DNA of 64,000 bases from an uncultured Dehalococcoidia bacterium (GTDB lineage Bacteria > Chloroflexota > Dehalococcoidia > Lucifugimonadales > JADFKI01). The translations under genes were made by a program, and so were the position numbers. The stretch is taken from the NCBI GenBank assembly GCA_964595285.1, contig CAZQPS010000042.1:2030-66029 (forward strand), read 5' to 3'. Positions 37,579 through 45,338 of this stretch are shown here, one piece after another (position 1 is the stretch's first letter; the number at the start of each line of letters is the position of its first letter). The notes beneath the pieces were generated by a model that was not told where the DNA came from, made no database searches, and was given only the letters and a program-made list of their open reading frames with translations.

Positions 37579-37618
37579 TACTATAATATTAATAATTTAA
37601 ATTATTAATATTATAGTA
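37579..37618. repeat. Perfect 40-bp A/T-only palindrome
   Basis: TACTATAATATTAATAATTTAAATTATTAATATTATAGTA is its own reverse complement; I checked this base by base. It contains TATAAT hexamers on both strands. Confidence 0.95.
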
Positions 37619-38016
37619 CGCCGTTTGATGCAAGAACATGCGTGATGAGATTTCGAATATCTCCACATTTAGTAAATATCCCCTGACTCTCATGGACAAA
37701 GGACAATAGTTCATGACTTTTTCTTATTGTATGCACAGCTTGGTGAGCATCGAAATAATCCGTCTTAGGATGTAGTGCATGATATGAGGTTTGGGAAACT
37801 TCATTGAAGGCGTGTATTAACAAGCTACATACATCCGATTTTGGACGGATGATCAAGGTTATCTATTCAGGGATAGTTTGCATTGCTAAGAAAATAGAAA
37901 CAAATAGGGCAATAGATAAATTCATTAACAAGAAATCGACTGAAATCTGTGTAAATAGTTGTATTGGTACTTATATTTACCTGTGTGTAGACGGACAAAA
38001 GCAGAATCGTTACCCA

Positions 38017-38046
38017 TTGACATACTTTTATAATTTAACGTAGAAT
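38017..38046 (+). promoter_or_regulatory. Candidate sigma70-type promoter for the aro leader
   Basis: TTGACA (38017-38022) is separated by 18 nt from TAGAAT (38041-38046). A TATAAT hexamer also lies at 38029-38034. The predicted TSS is at or just before the leader ATG at 38055. Confidence 0.4.
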
Positions 38047-38054
38047 TGGTAATC

Positions 38055-38144
38055 ATGAAGATACTTAGTTTTACATATTCTAACTATTATTATTTTATCG
38101 GCCTAAATACGGTCGGTGGGCAGTCTGCGTCGGTTACGATGTAA
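38055..38144 (+). CDS. Tyr/Phe-rich leader peptide (29 aa) of a transcription attenuator
   Basis: The peptide is MKILSFTYSNYYYFIGLNTVGGQSASVTM. It has 4 Tyr and 2 Phe within 9 consecutive codons (38070-38096). It lies immediately upstream of an intrinsic terminator and the DAHP synthase gene. Confidence 0.6.
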   Translation: MKILSFTYSNYYYFIGLNTVGGQSASVTM

Positions 38145-38172
38145 GCTTAAATAAATAATACGGAAGACTTTG

Positions 38173-38199
38173 ACCCAGCCGACCAGAGGCTGGGTTTTT
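38173..38199 (+). terminator. Attenuator terminator in the DAHP synthase leader
   Basis: ACCCAGCC (38173-38180) pairs with GGCTGGGT (38188-38195) and is followed by TTTTT. An alternative antiterminator pairs 38111-38120 with 38174-38184. Confidence 0.7.
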
Positions 38200-38229
38200 A
38201 ATTTCTCAAGAAGGGGAGTAGTGACTATA

Positions 38230-39303
38230 ATGCAACCATCACCAGCAAGAGATGTAAACATAATGAAAACGGAACCACTAATAAGTCCTGTCGAACTCAT
38301 CAAAGAGATGCCCCTAACGACAGAAACTGAAGCTGCTGTTCTTAGTGGGAGACGCCAAATACAGGCTGTATTGAGGGGAGACGACCCGAGATTTCTCGTG
38401 ATTACAGGGCCATGTTCTGTCCATGATGAAGATGCGGCTCTAGATTATGCTAGCAGGCTCAAGGCTCTTTCAGATGAGTTGAGTGAACGGATACTCATCG
38501 TGATGAGAGTGTATTTTGAGAAACCCCGAACGACTGTAGGTTGGAAGGGGCTCATTTATGATCCTCATTTGGACGATACTTTCGATATTAATGAGGGAAT
38601 TAGAAAAGCGCGATCACTACTTATGAAAGTCTCAGAGTTGGGGCTGCCCACCGGAACGGAGTTTCTGGATCCGATTGTTCCTCAATACTTGGCTGGTTTA
38701 GTTTCTTGGGCTGCTATTGGGGCCAGGACTACTGAAAGTCAAACTCATAGACAGATGGCTAGTGGGCTAAGCATGCCTGTGGGATTCAAAAACGGCACTG
38801 ATGGAAGCGCGCAAGTCGCTGTTGACGCCATGATTTCTGCAAGAGCGGAGCATGCTTTTCTTGGGATAGATCATTTTGGACAGACGTGTATTGTACACAC
38901 AAACGGCAACCCTTATGGCCATCTCGTTTTGAGGGGAGGTAATAGTGGGCCTAATTTTGGGTCAGATGCTATTCTTCAAGCTAATGAGTTGCTAAGTAAA
39001 TCAGGAGTACCCTCGCAATTATTGGTTGATTGCAGTCATGGGAATTCTAATAAAGACCATAAAAGACAATCTATAGCTCTTCAAGATATTATCGAACAAA
39101 GGGTAGCTGGGAATAGTAATGTGATTGGTTGCATGTTGGAAAGTAATATAAATGCAGGTAATCAGAAGCTAGGCAACAATCTTTCGGAACTTCAGTATGG
39201 AGTGTCAGTTACTGACGCTTGTATAGACTGGTCAGAGACCGAGGAATTGTTGCGTTGGGCATATGACAGGATGCAGGGTGTTATTAAGCAACCAGTAGCT
39301 TGA
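38230..39303 (+). CDS. 3-deoxy-7-phosphoheptulonate (DAHP) synthase, class I (AroF/G/H type)
   Basis: Motifs seen are RFLVITGPCSVHD, KPRTTVGWKGLIYDP and VDCSHGNS. The ATG at 38230 aligns with the AroG N-terminus. Confidence 0.93.
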   Translation: MQPSPARDVNIMKTEPLISPVELIKEMPLTTETEAAVLSGRRQIQAVLRGDDPRFLVITGPCSVHDEDAALDYASRLKALSDELSERILIVMRVYFEKPRTTVGWKGLIYDPHLDDTFDINEGIRKARSLLMKVSELGLPTGTEFLDPIVPQYLAGLVSWAAIGARTTESQTHRQMASGLSMPVGFKNGTDGSAQVAVDAMISARAEHAFLGIDHFGQTCIVHTNGNPYGHLVLRGGNSGPNFGSDAILQANELLSKSGVPSQLLVDCSHGNSNKDHKRQSIALQDIIEQRVAGNSNVIGCMLESNINAGNQKLGNNLSELQYGVSVTDACIDWSETEELLRWAYDRMQGVIKQPVA

Positions 39304-39534
39304 TGAGTGCGCAGTTCCCTGGCCTTAGGGGTTGTCTCCTTTATGGCTTTGGATAGAGAAGCTTATTTGAAGTCGTTGATCTTATTGACATGTCTTCGAT
39401 CGCGATGCTAAATTGCTTGAAAGAGGGCATGCAGCAGCAGGATACGACTAAGTTTTAAGTCGTGTCACGCTATGTAGTCAGTTGTTATGATAGCTGCTAG
39501 TCTTAAGTATAAGAGTTCGTTAACAATTGAAGAA

Positions 39535-39772
39535 ATACGTATAGGATTTAAGGGAAGACGGTTAAAGTCCGTCGCGGTCGCGCCACTGTAAACGAGGAAA
39601 TTCCAACATATGTCACTGCGTTAAACGTATAACCGTGGGAAGACGTTGGTAAAGTACTGATACGTAAGCCAGAACACCTTAAATAATGTACGAGACGTTT
39701 ATATCTGCGCGTAACGGAGAGTCTTGTTCACTGGAATTTTGAGGCCTCACAGTTTTGTTGTGGGGCCTTTTT
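39535..39772 (+). promoter_or_regulatory. Cobalamin (B12) riboswitch with terminator expression platform
   Basis: The conserved core reads AAGGGAAGACGGTTAAAGTCCGTCGCGGTCGCGCCACTGTAAAC and GTGGGAAGACGTTGG. A B12-box-like AAGCCAGAACACCT is present. The terminator pairs AGGCCTCACA (39742-39751) with TGTGGGGCCT (39759-39768) and is followed by TTTT. Confidence 0.8.
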
Positions 39773-39793
39773 AATTGATTAGTTATTAAAACA

Positions 39794-40732
39794 TTGAGGT
39801 TTACAATATTGAAAAACATTTTAATCCTAAAATTTATAATAGTTTGTATATTTTTTATTATTGGCTGTGCTGATGATTCAAATGCTGGTTTACAAGTTGA
39901 CACGGATGCAAACAGTTCTGGTTCGTCCACATTCCCCTTAGAAATAACGGACGGATTTGGGAAACTGATTGCTTTGAAAGACCCACCGCAGAATATTGTT
40001 GTTATAGATTCTGCAGCAGTGGAAATTTTGTACGATCTAGGTGCACAAGATCGCATCCTGGCTACTCATGAATTTGTTAGTTATCCCCCTTCGACAGTTG
40101 ATATTCCGAGAATTGGAAACGCTTTCACATTAGATTATGAAAAAATTGTTTCCCTTGAGCCCGATTTGATTTATGTTTTTTTTGATGGACCTTACCAGGA
40201 CTTGGTCGCATTAGATATCCCGGTATTGTATCTAAAATCACCCACATCTCTTGAAGGTGTAGCTGAACGGATAAAGCTTTGGGGGAAGATAGTAAATAAA
40301 GAGAATACTGGAGAGAAGATTGCTAAAGAATTTCTCCAGTCTGTGAGTGAAATCGAGTCAAAAGTGTCTGATATCCAGTCCTCTGTGAAAATTTATCATG
40401 ATGTCTCACCGGATTGGTGGACAAGTGGCTCCGGAACTTTGTCCAATGAAATTATGACTAGATTGAAGGCTGAGAATATTTTCAATGATACTGACGGTTG
40501 GCCTCAGGTCAGTGTTGAACAAATTGTTGATAGAAATCCTGAGTTTATTATTAGTGTTTATCCTGAAGGTCGTGAAATGTTGCTTAACAGCGGTGCTCTG
40601 GAATCCGTTGATGCTATTCGTAATCAAAAGATATTGACAATGGATGGTGACCTTATAGCTATTGAAGGACCACGTTTGATTCAAGGAATGACTCTAATAG
40701 CAGAGTTTCTTTATGAAGATCGCTTCAGGTAA
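39794..40732 (+). CDS. ABC transporter substrate-binding lipoprotein (BtuF/FhuD-type, Peripla_BP_2)
   Basis: The lipobox is FIIGC. The family pattern is visible in IVVIDSAAVEILYDLGAQDRI and EPDLIYVF. The gene lies directly downstream of the B12 riboswitch. Confidence 0.85.
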   Translation: MRFTILKNILILKFIIVCIFFIIGCADDSNAGLQVDTDANSSGSSTFPLEITDGFGKLIALKDPPQNIVVIDSAAVEILYDLGAQDRILATHEFVSYPPSTVDIPRIGNAFTLDYEKIVSLEPDLIYVFFDGPYQDLVALDIPVLYLKSPTSLEGVAERIKLWGKIVNKENTGEKIAKEFLQSVSEIESKVSDIQSSVKIYHDVSPDWWTSGSGTLSNEIMTRLKAENIFNDTDGWPQVSVEQIVDRNPEFIISVYPEGREMLLNSGALESVDAIRNQKILTMDGDLIAIEGPRLIQGMTLIAEFLYEDRFR

Positions 40733-40749
40733 TATTATGCTGATCTGAT

Positions 40750-41805
40750 TTGGCGGTGGTTAAAATGCCAAAAATAAATGGCCTAGGTGGTGCACCCACG
40801 GTTATTGTTTCTATTGGCATTTTACTTGCAATTTCAATCTTGGCTGTTGGTGTTGGGTCGGTTCAAATCCCCCCTTTGTCAGTCATTCAAATTGTAAGTT
40901 CTCAACTGCAATTTTCTTCACTGGGGCAGGAGATACCTCAATCATGGATTACGATAGTTTGGGATATTAGGGTTCCAAGAATAATTGCGGCTGTAATTGC
41001 AGGATACTCGCTAGCTGTATCTGGAGCTGTGTACCAAGGATTATTTCGAAATCCTTTAGCTGATCCTTACCTAATCGGGGTTGCTTCAGGTGCGGGATTA
41101 GGTGCAACTATAGTATTGGTAACGGATATTCCGATTATGTGGTTGAGTGTTCCTGTTTTATCAATTGCAGCTTTTATTGGTGGAACTGGAGCAGTTTTGT
41201 GTGGATATTTAATATCACGTACAGGAAGTAGAGTTTCCTTAGGAACATTAATACTCGCTGGTGTTGCAGTTGGTTCTTTCTCTGGTGCAATGATCTATTT
41301 TCTTATGATTACTGCCGATCCTGATGTTAAACCACTTCTTGTCTGGCTTATGGGAGGATTGTCAGGTATCGAGTGGAATGATGTATTCATGATAACGCCG
41401 TATATATTGATTTTTGCATCTGTGCTTCTTTTTTATGGTAGAACATTAAACATTTTGCAATTCGGAGAACGGGACGCATCTACTTTGGGGGTTGATGTTG
41501 AACGAACTAAAATCATTTTGATTATATCTGCCACCGTTCTCACCTCTTTTGTAGTTTCGATAAGCGGCCTAATCGGCTTTATTGGTTTGGTAGCACCTCA
41601 TATTGTTAGATTAATTTGGGGACCGGACAATAGATTTCTCATTCCTATGGCGGGGATTACAGGCGCAATATTTCTTTTAATTGCGGACTTATTTGCTCGA
41701 ACTGTTGCCAGCCCTACAGAAATACCTGTAGGGCTAGTAACTGCTTTTTTGGGGGCCCCGTTTTTTTTGTATATATTATTCCGTAATCGTTCTCAGATGC
41801 TTTGA
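40750..41805 (+). CDS. ABC transporter permease (FecCD/BtuC family)
   Basis: The protein has about 10 TM helices. Motifs seen are RIIAAVIAGYSLAVSGAVYQGLFRNPLADPYLIG and GLIGFIGLVAPHIVR. Confidence 0.9.
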   Translation: MAVVKMPKINGLGGAPTVIVSIGILLAISILAVGVGSVQIPPLSVIQIVSSQLQFSSLGQEIPQSWITIVWDIRVPRIIAAVIAGYSLAVSGAVYQGLFRNPLADPYLIGVASGAGLGATIVLVTDIPIMWLSVPVLSIAAFIGGTGAVLCGYLISRTGSRVSLGTLILAGVAVGSFSGAMIYFLMITADPDVKPLLVWLMGGLSGIEWNDVFMITPYILIFASVLLFYGRTLNILQFGERDASTLGVDVERTKIILIISATVLTSFVVSISGLIGFIGLVAPHIVRLIWGPDNRFLIPMAGITGAIFLLIADLFARTVASPTEIPVGLVTAFLGAPFFLYILFRNRSQML

Positions 41806-41806
41806 T

Positions 41807-42589
41807 ATGAATAAAGTTCAAATTCGGGATGTTAGAGTTGTTCTTAATGGGTTGAATATAATTAATAATATTTCCGTAGATATTCAAAAGGGAGAAATTT
41901 TCGGTGTCATTGGGCCAAATGGATCCGGGAAAACCACCTTAGCCAGGCTTCTCTCAGGGCAATTAAGGCCAGATTCAGGTAGAGTGAATGTGGATAATTC
42001 AAGCATATTAAAATTGTCTGCGAAAGATAGAGGAAAGCTTGTAGCAATGGTTTCACAAAATCCGGAATATTCTCCTGGATTCAGGGTTTGGGATATTGTA
42101 ATTGCCGGAAGAAATCCACATCTTGGTATGATTCAAAGAGAGTCATGCGAAGACGTTATGATCGTGAAAAACGCTATGGAGCGGGTCGATGTATTGCATT
42201 TGGCAGATCGCTTTATTGAGACTCTTTCTGGTGGCGAAAGGCAGCGCGTTTTTCTTGCAAGAGCACTAGCACAAGACACCTCGCTATTAATTTTGGATGA
42301 ACCTACTTCCAATCTCGATATTGGATACCAAACCGCCATAATGGAGTACATTAAGGAAATTAATAGAAGTTCTGAAGTAACGGTTTTTATAACTATTCAC
42401 GATTTAGCTGTAGCCGGGCATTATTGTGACAGATTAGTTCTCATCAATAGTGGAGAAATTGTTAGTATTGGCAAGCCTGAGTCAGTACTTAAGGCAGACT
42501 TGTTGTCGATGGTATATGGAACCGATCTTATTGTAGTTTCTCACCCCAGTGATGGATCCCCAATGATTATACCCAAATTTCTTGCATAG
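41807..42589 (+). CDS. ABC transporter ATP-binding protein (BtuD/FepC-like)
   Basis: Walker A is GPNGSGKTT, the ABC signature is LSGGERQR and Walker B is LLILDEPTS. Confidence 0.92.
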   Translation: MNKVQIRDVRVVLNGLNIINNISVDIQKGEIFGVIGPNGSGKTTLARLLSGQLRPDSGRVNVDNSSILKLSAKDRGKLVAMVSQNPEYSPGFRVWDIVIAGRNPHLGMIQRESCEDVMIVKNAMERVDVLHLADRFIETLSGGERQRVFLARALAQDTSLLILDEPTSNLDIGYQTAIMEYIKEINRSSEVTVFITIHDLAVAGHYCDRLVLINSGEIVSIGKPESVLKADLLSMVYGTDLIVVSHPSDGSPMIIPKFLA

Positions 42590-42811
42590 AAATTGGACCT
42601 AAATTATTTGTCCAAGCCCGTTGTCTCTTTGAAATGCATATGTGGATCTGTTGACCGAAAATAAAAGACCCGAAAGCGTTTACTTAGATAAGGCTAGATA
42701 TAAAATGAGATGGTTTCGTTACAAATGCAAAAGATAGTCATTTTTTTGGCATGATTGATGAAAAACTGGAGCCGTGCGATAATAACTACGATTAAACAAA
42801 GGGGGCCCGAC

Positions 42812-43939
42812 ATGGTAACGCAAGGTCAAAAGAATTTGGTGATTGTGGAACTCTCAGGCGGCAATGATGCGTTGAATACGGTGATACCTTATAACAACGA
42901 ACTGTACTATGATAATCGTCCATTTGTGAATATTTCCCAAGAAGATGTAATTAGACTGGACGATGAATTAGGGTTGAATCCCAATATAGAGCCAATGAAA
43001 AGACTTTGGGATGAAGGGAAAATGGCAATTATAAATGGAGTGGGATATGCAAGTCCTAATCGGTCTCATTTTCGCTCCATGGACATCTGGCATACAGCTG
43101 AGACGGTGGAAATTGGTCCAGAAGGCTGGTTAGGCCGGGCGGTGAGGGATTTGGATCCTAGGTCCGATAATGTCCTAACAGGGGTTAATTTTGGTCGAGG
43201 ATTGCCTAGAGCGATGTATGCTCAAGGTGTGCCGGTGGCGTCTGTGGGTAATCTGGAGACGTACGGTCTATTTCCCGATATCAAGGACGAAGCTGCTAGG
43301 AATATGGCTCTAGAAGCTTTTTCTCAGATGTATGGAGCGTCTGGCAAGGACATGGTGGCCCAATTCATATCTCAAACTGGAATCGATGCGCTGAAAGGTG
43401 CGGATGTCTTGAGGGTTGCCCCACAGCGTTATTCTTCAAACATTGAATATGCAGATAATCCGATAGCCCAAAGTATGAAAGCTATAGCGCAAACCCTGAC
43501 GGCGAATCTGGGCACGCGCATATTTTACACTCGTCACGGGAGTTTCGATACTCACGCTGCGGAATTACCCGCCCACAGCAAATTATGGAGTGAAGTATCG
43601 GGAGCTGTAAGGGATTTTATGGACGACTTGAAAGAACATGGCAAGGATGAAGAGACCATGGTCCTTTTGTTTTCGGAATTTGGTCGCAGGATCAAGGATA
43701 ACGGCGCGGGTAGTGACCACGGTTCTGGAGGCGTTAGTTTTGTTGTAGGTGGTTCAGTAAATGGGGGTATGTACGGAGAGTACCCTTCTCTTGCTGACGA
43801 AAAACAGTTGGAAGGCGATTTACATTTCAACAATGATTTTAGAAGTATCTATTCAACAATTATAGATCGGTGGCTCGGACTGGACCCTGTTTCAATAACT
43901 GGCGGCGCATACGAACAATTTGAATTTGTTGATAAATAA
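42812..43939 (+). CDS. DUF1501-domain protein (sulfatase/alkaline-phosphatase-like fold)
   Basis: Motifs seen are LVIVELSGGNDALNTVIPY, NRSHFRSMDIWHTA and GSDHGSGG. The ATG at 42812 lies 6 nt after AAGGGGG. No Tat or Sec signal is visible. Confidence 0.8.
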   Translation: MVTQGQKNLVIVELSGGNDALNTVIPYNNELYYDNRPFVNISQEDVIRLDDELGLNPNIEPMKRLWDEGKMAIINGVGYASPNRSHFRSMDIWHTAETVEIGPEGWLGRAVRDLDPRSDNVLTGVNFGRGLPRAMYAQGVPVASVGNLETYGLFPDIKDEAARNMALEAFSQMYGASGKDMVAQFISQTGIDALKGADVLRVAPQRYSSNIEYADNPIAQSMKAIAQTLTANLGTRIFYTRHGSFDTHAAELPAHSKLWSEVSGAVRDFMDDLKEHGKDEETMVLLFSEFGRRIKDNGAGSDHGSGGVSFVVGGSVNGGMYGEYPSLADEKQLEGDLHFNNDFRSIYSTIIDRWLGLDPVSITGGAYEQFEFVDK

Positions 43940-44007
43940 GCTATGAGTTAGGCAACAGAATGCAACCAATATGAAGGCTGTTTATGTCGTAGGGATTAGC
44001 GCATTGA

Positions 44008-44418
44008 TCAAGACCACAGCGAAAGCTGCAGTTGTGTTTGACTCTCGAGATACTTTTCTGACGAATGATGAGGGGGCTTGATTTCCTTGGGTTTCTCTGC
44101 TGTGTCAATGTGTTTTGAGTGAGGATGATTTGCTTTGAGTGTATTGCGAATTAAAGTAGCGTTGTGTTCTTTATCCTCTGGGTCACCCCACATAGCGACA
44201 GCCTGAATGGCGTCATGGCCAATCAAGTTTTCCAGACCTTTGAATCCCCATCTATTCTGTAGTCTCTTGTATTTGTTCAACTTAAATAATATATAGTTAT
44301 ATTCAGTTTCAGCGAGTTGCCCCACCCAGCCTGGCTCCAATATGTTTTCTTCGTAAAAATCCCATAATTCGGGATCTTTACGTCTTTTCCAATCCGGCCA
44401 TTCAGATAGTTTTCCCAT
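44008..44418 (-). CDS. Hypothetical protein (136 aa), no recognisable family
   Basis: This is an ATG-initiated ORF of plausible composition, divergent from nrdR. I recognised no motif. Confidence 0.5.
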   Translation of the reverse strand: MGKLSEWPDWKRRKDPELWDFYEENILEPGWVGQLAETEYNYILFKLNKYKRLQNRWGFKGLENLIGHDAIQAVAMWGDPEDKEHNATLIRNTLKANHPHSKHIDTAEKPKEIKPPHHSSEKYLESQTQLQLSLWS

Positions 44419-44509
44419 GTAGAACCTCTTAAAAGTAGCCTATACCGGGATCATAAGTGACGTAAAATTTAATGCCCAAATTTGGCCCTGAAAAACGTAA
44501 CATATCGCG

Positions 44510-44538
44510 TTGACATTCTCAATATATGGTGCTAGTTT
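44510..44538 (+). promoter_or_regulatory. Candidate nrdR-nrdJ promoter with an embedded NrdR-box-like palindrome
   Basis: TTGACA (44510-44515) is separated by 17 nt from TAGTTT (44533-44538). The spacer contains TCTCAATATATGGTGC (44517-44532). That sequence matches 12 of 16 positions of the NrdR-box consensus acaCwAtATaTwGtgt. Confidence 0.4.
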
Positions 44539-44596
44539 AAGTAAACACTCCCATAGGTTGTGGTTTTGTCGTATAACCACAGTAACGGTTAATTGG

Positions 44597-45151
44597 ATGC
44601 TATGTCCCTTCTGCAACAATGAAGAATCCAAAGTTATAGACTCCAGAGATTCTGGAGAAGGAATAAGACGCAGAAGAGAGTGTATTCGATGCGGTTTGAG
44701 ATTTACGACGTACGAGAGAGTTCAGACCAAGGCGTTGATGGTTATTAAGCGCGATGGTCGCAGGGAAGAATTCAATCGAGATAAACTCTGGGCAAGCATG
44801 AACAGTGCCTGTGCAAAACGCCCGCTCCCTATCGGCAGTATAGATAAAGCGATAGAAGCCATTGAGTTTTCCTTGTCTAATGCTGGTAAAGCAGAGATAC
44901 CTGCTAAGGCGATAGGTGAGCTTGTAATGGAAAAGCTTCGTGCAATGGATAGGGTGGCCTATATTCGGTTCGCGAGTATATATAGAGATTTTCGTGATAT
45001 AGAGAGCTTCAAGGTAGAGATTGAGGCTCTTCTGGAGCCTCGGAGTGGTGAAGTTAACAAGGAAAGTAGCGCTCAGCTCTCTTTCCTTGAAGAAGAGGGA
45101 CCTCCTAGAAAACGACGTCGGGGGCGTCCTAGGAAGCCTAGTAATGCTTGA
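44597..45151 (+). CDS. nrdR: Transcriptional repressor NrdR with C-terminal AT-hook-like tail
   Basis: The Zn ribbon is CPFCNNEESKVIDSR...CIRCGLRFTTYE. The ATP-cone is VIKRDGRREEFNRDKL. The tail is PPRKRRRGRPRKPSNA. Confidence 0.93.
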   Translation: MLCPFCNNEESKVIDSRDSGEGIRRRRECIRCGLRFTTYERVQTKALMVIKRDGRREEFNRDKLWASMNSACAKRPLPIGSIDKAIEAIEFSLSNAGKAEIPAKAIGELVMEKLRAMDRVAYIRFASIYRDFRDIESFKVEIEALLEPRSGEVNKESSAQLSFLEEEGPPRKRRRGRPRKPSNA

Positions 45152-45338
45152 CGTAGTACGTGTGCTGTGTCGAGGATATGCTGATTGTAACGACGACTAG
45201 TTGAATTTTAGCGCCTACCAGCATTGAACATTTGTTCTGTAATGTGCTACCTTCAATAAAGGCTTTGGGTTGGCGGAGTGACACAGCAAATTGATTGTGA
45301 GTCAGCAGGACAAAAAATAATTTTATAGGAGAGCGTTA

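Noticed and set aside
37611-38043. ORFs 37611-37856 (-, 81 aa) and 37804-38043 (+, 79 aa) in the AT-rich gap between pth and the aro leader
   Set aside because: - Both start with TTG-type codons, and neither has an internal or initiating ATG or an SD.
- They overlap each other and I see no recognisable motifs.
- The region looks regulatory (palindrome, promoter).
- They are kept only as a possibility if conservation is found.
45152-45338. Possible B12 riboswitch or strong NrdR boxes upstream of nrdJ
   Set aside because: No B12-box or GCCACTG core is present. Only a loose inverted repeat (CACAGCAAATTGATTGTG) is seen, too degenerate to call. nrdJ is probably co-transcribed with nrdR.
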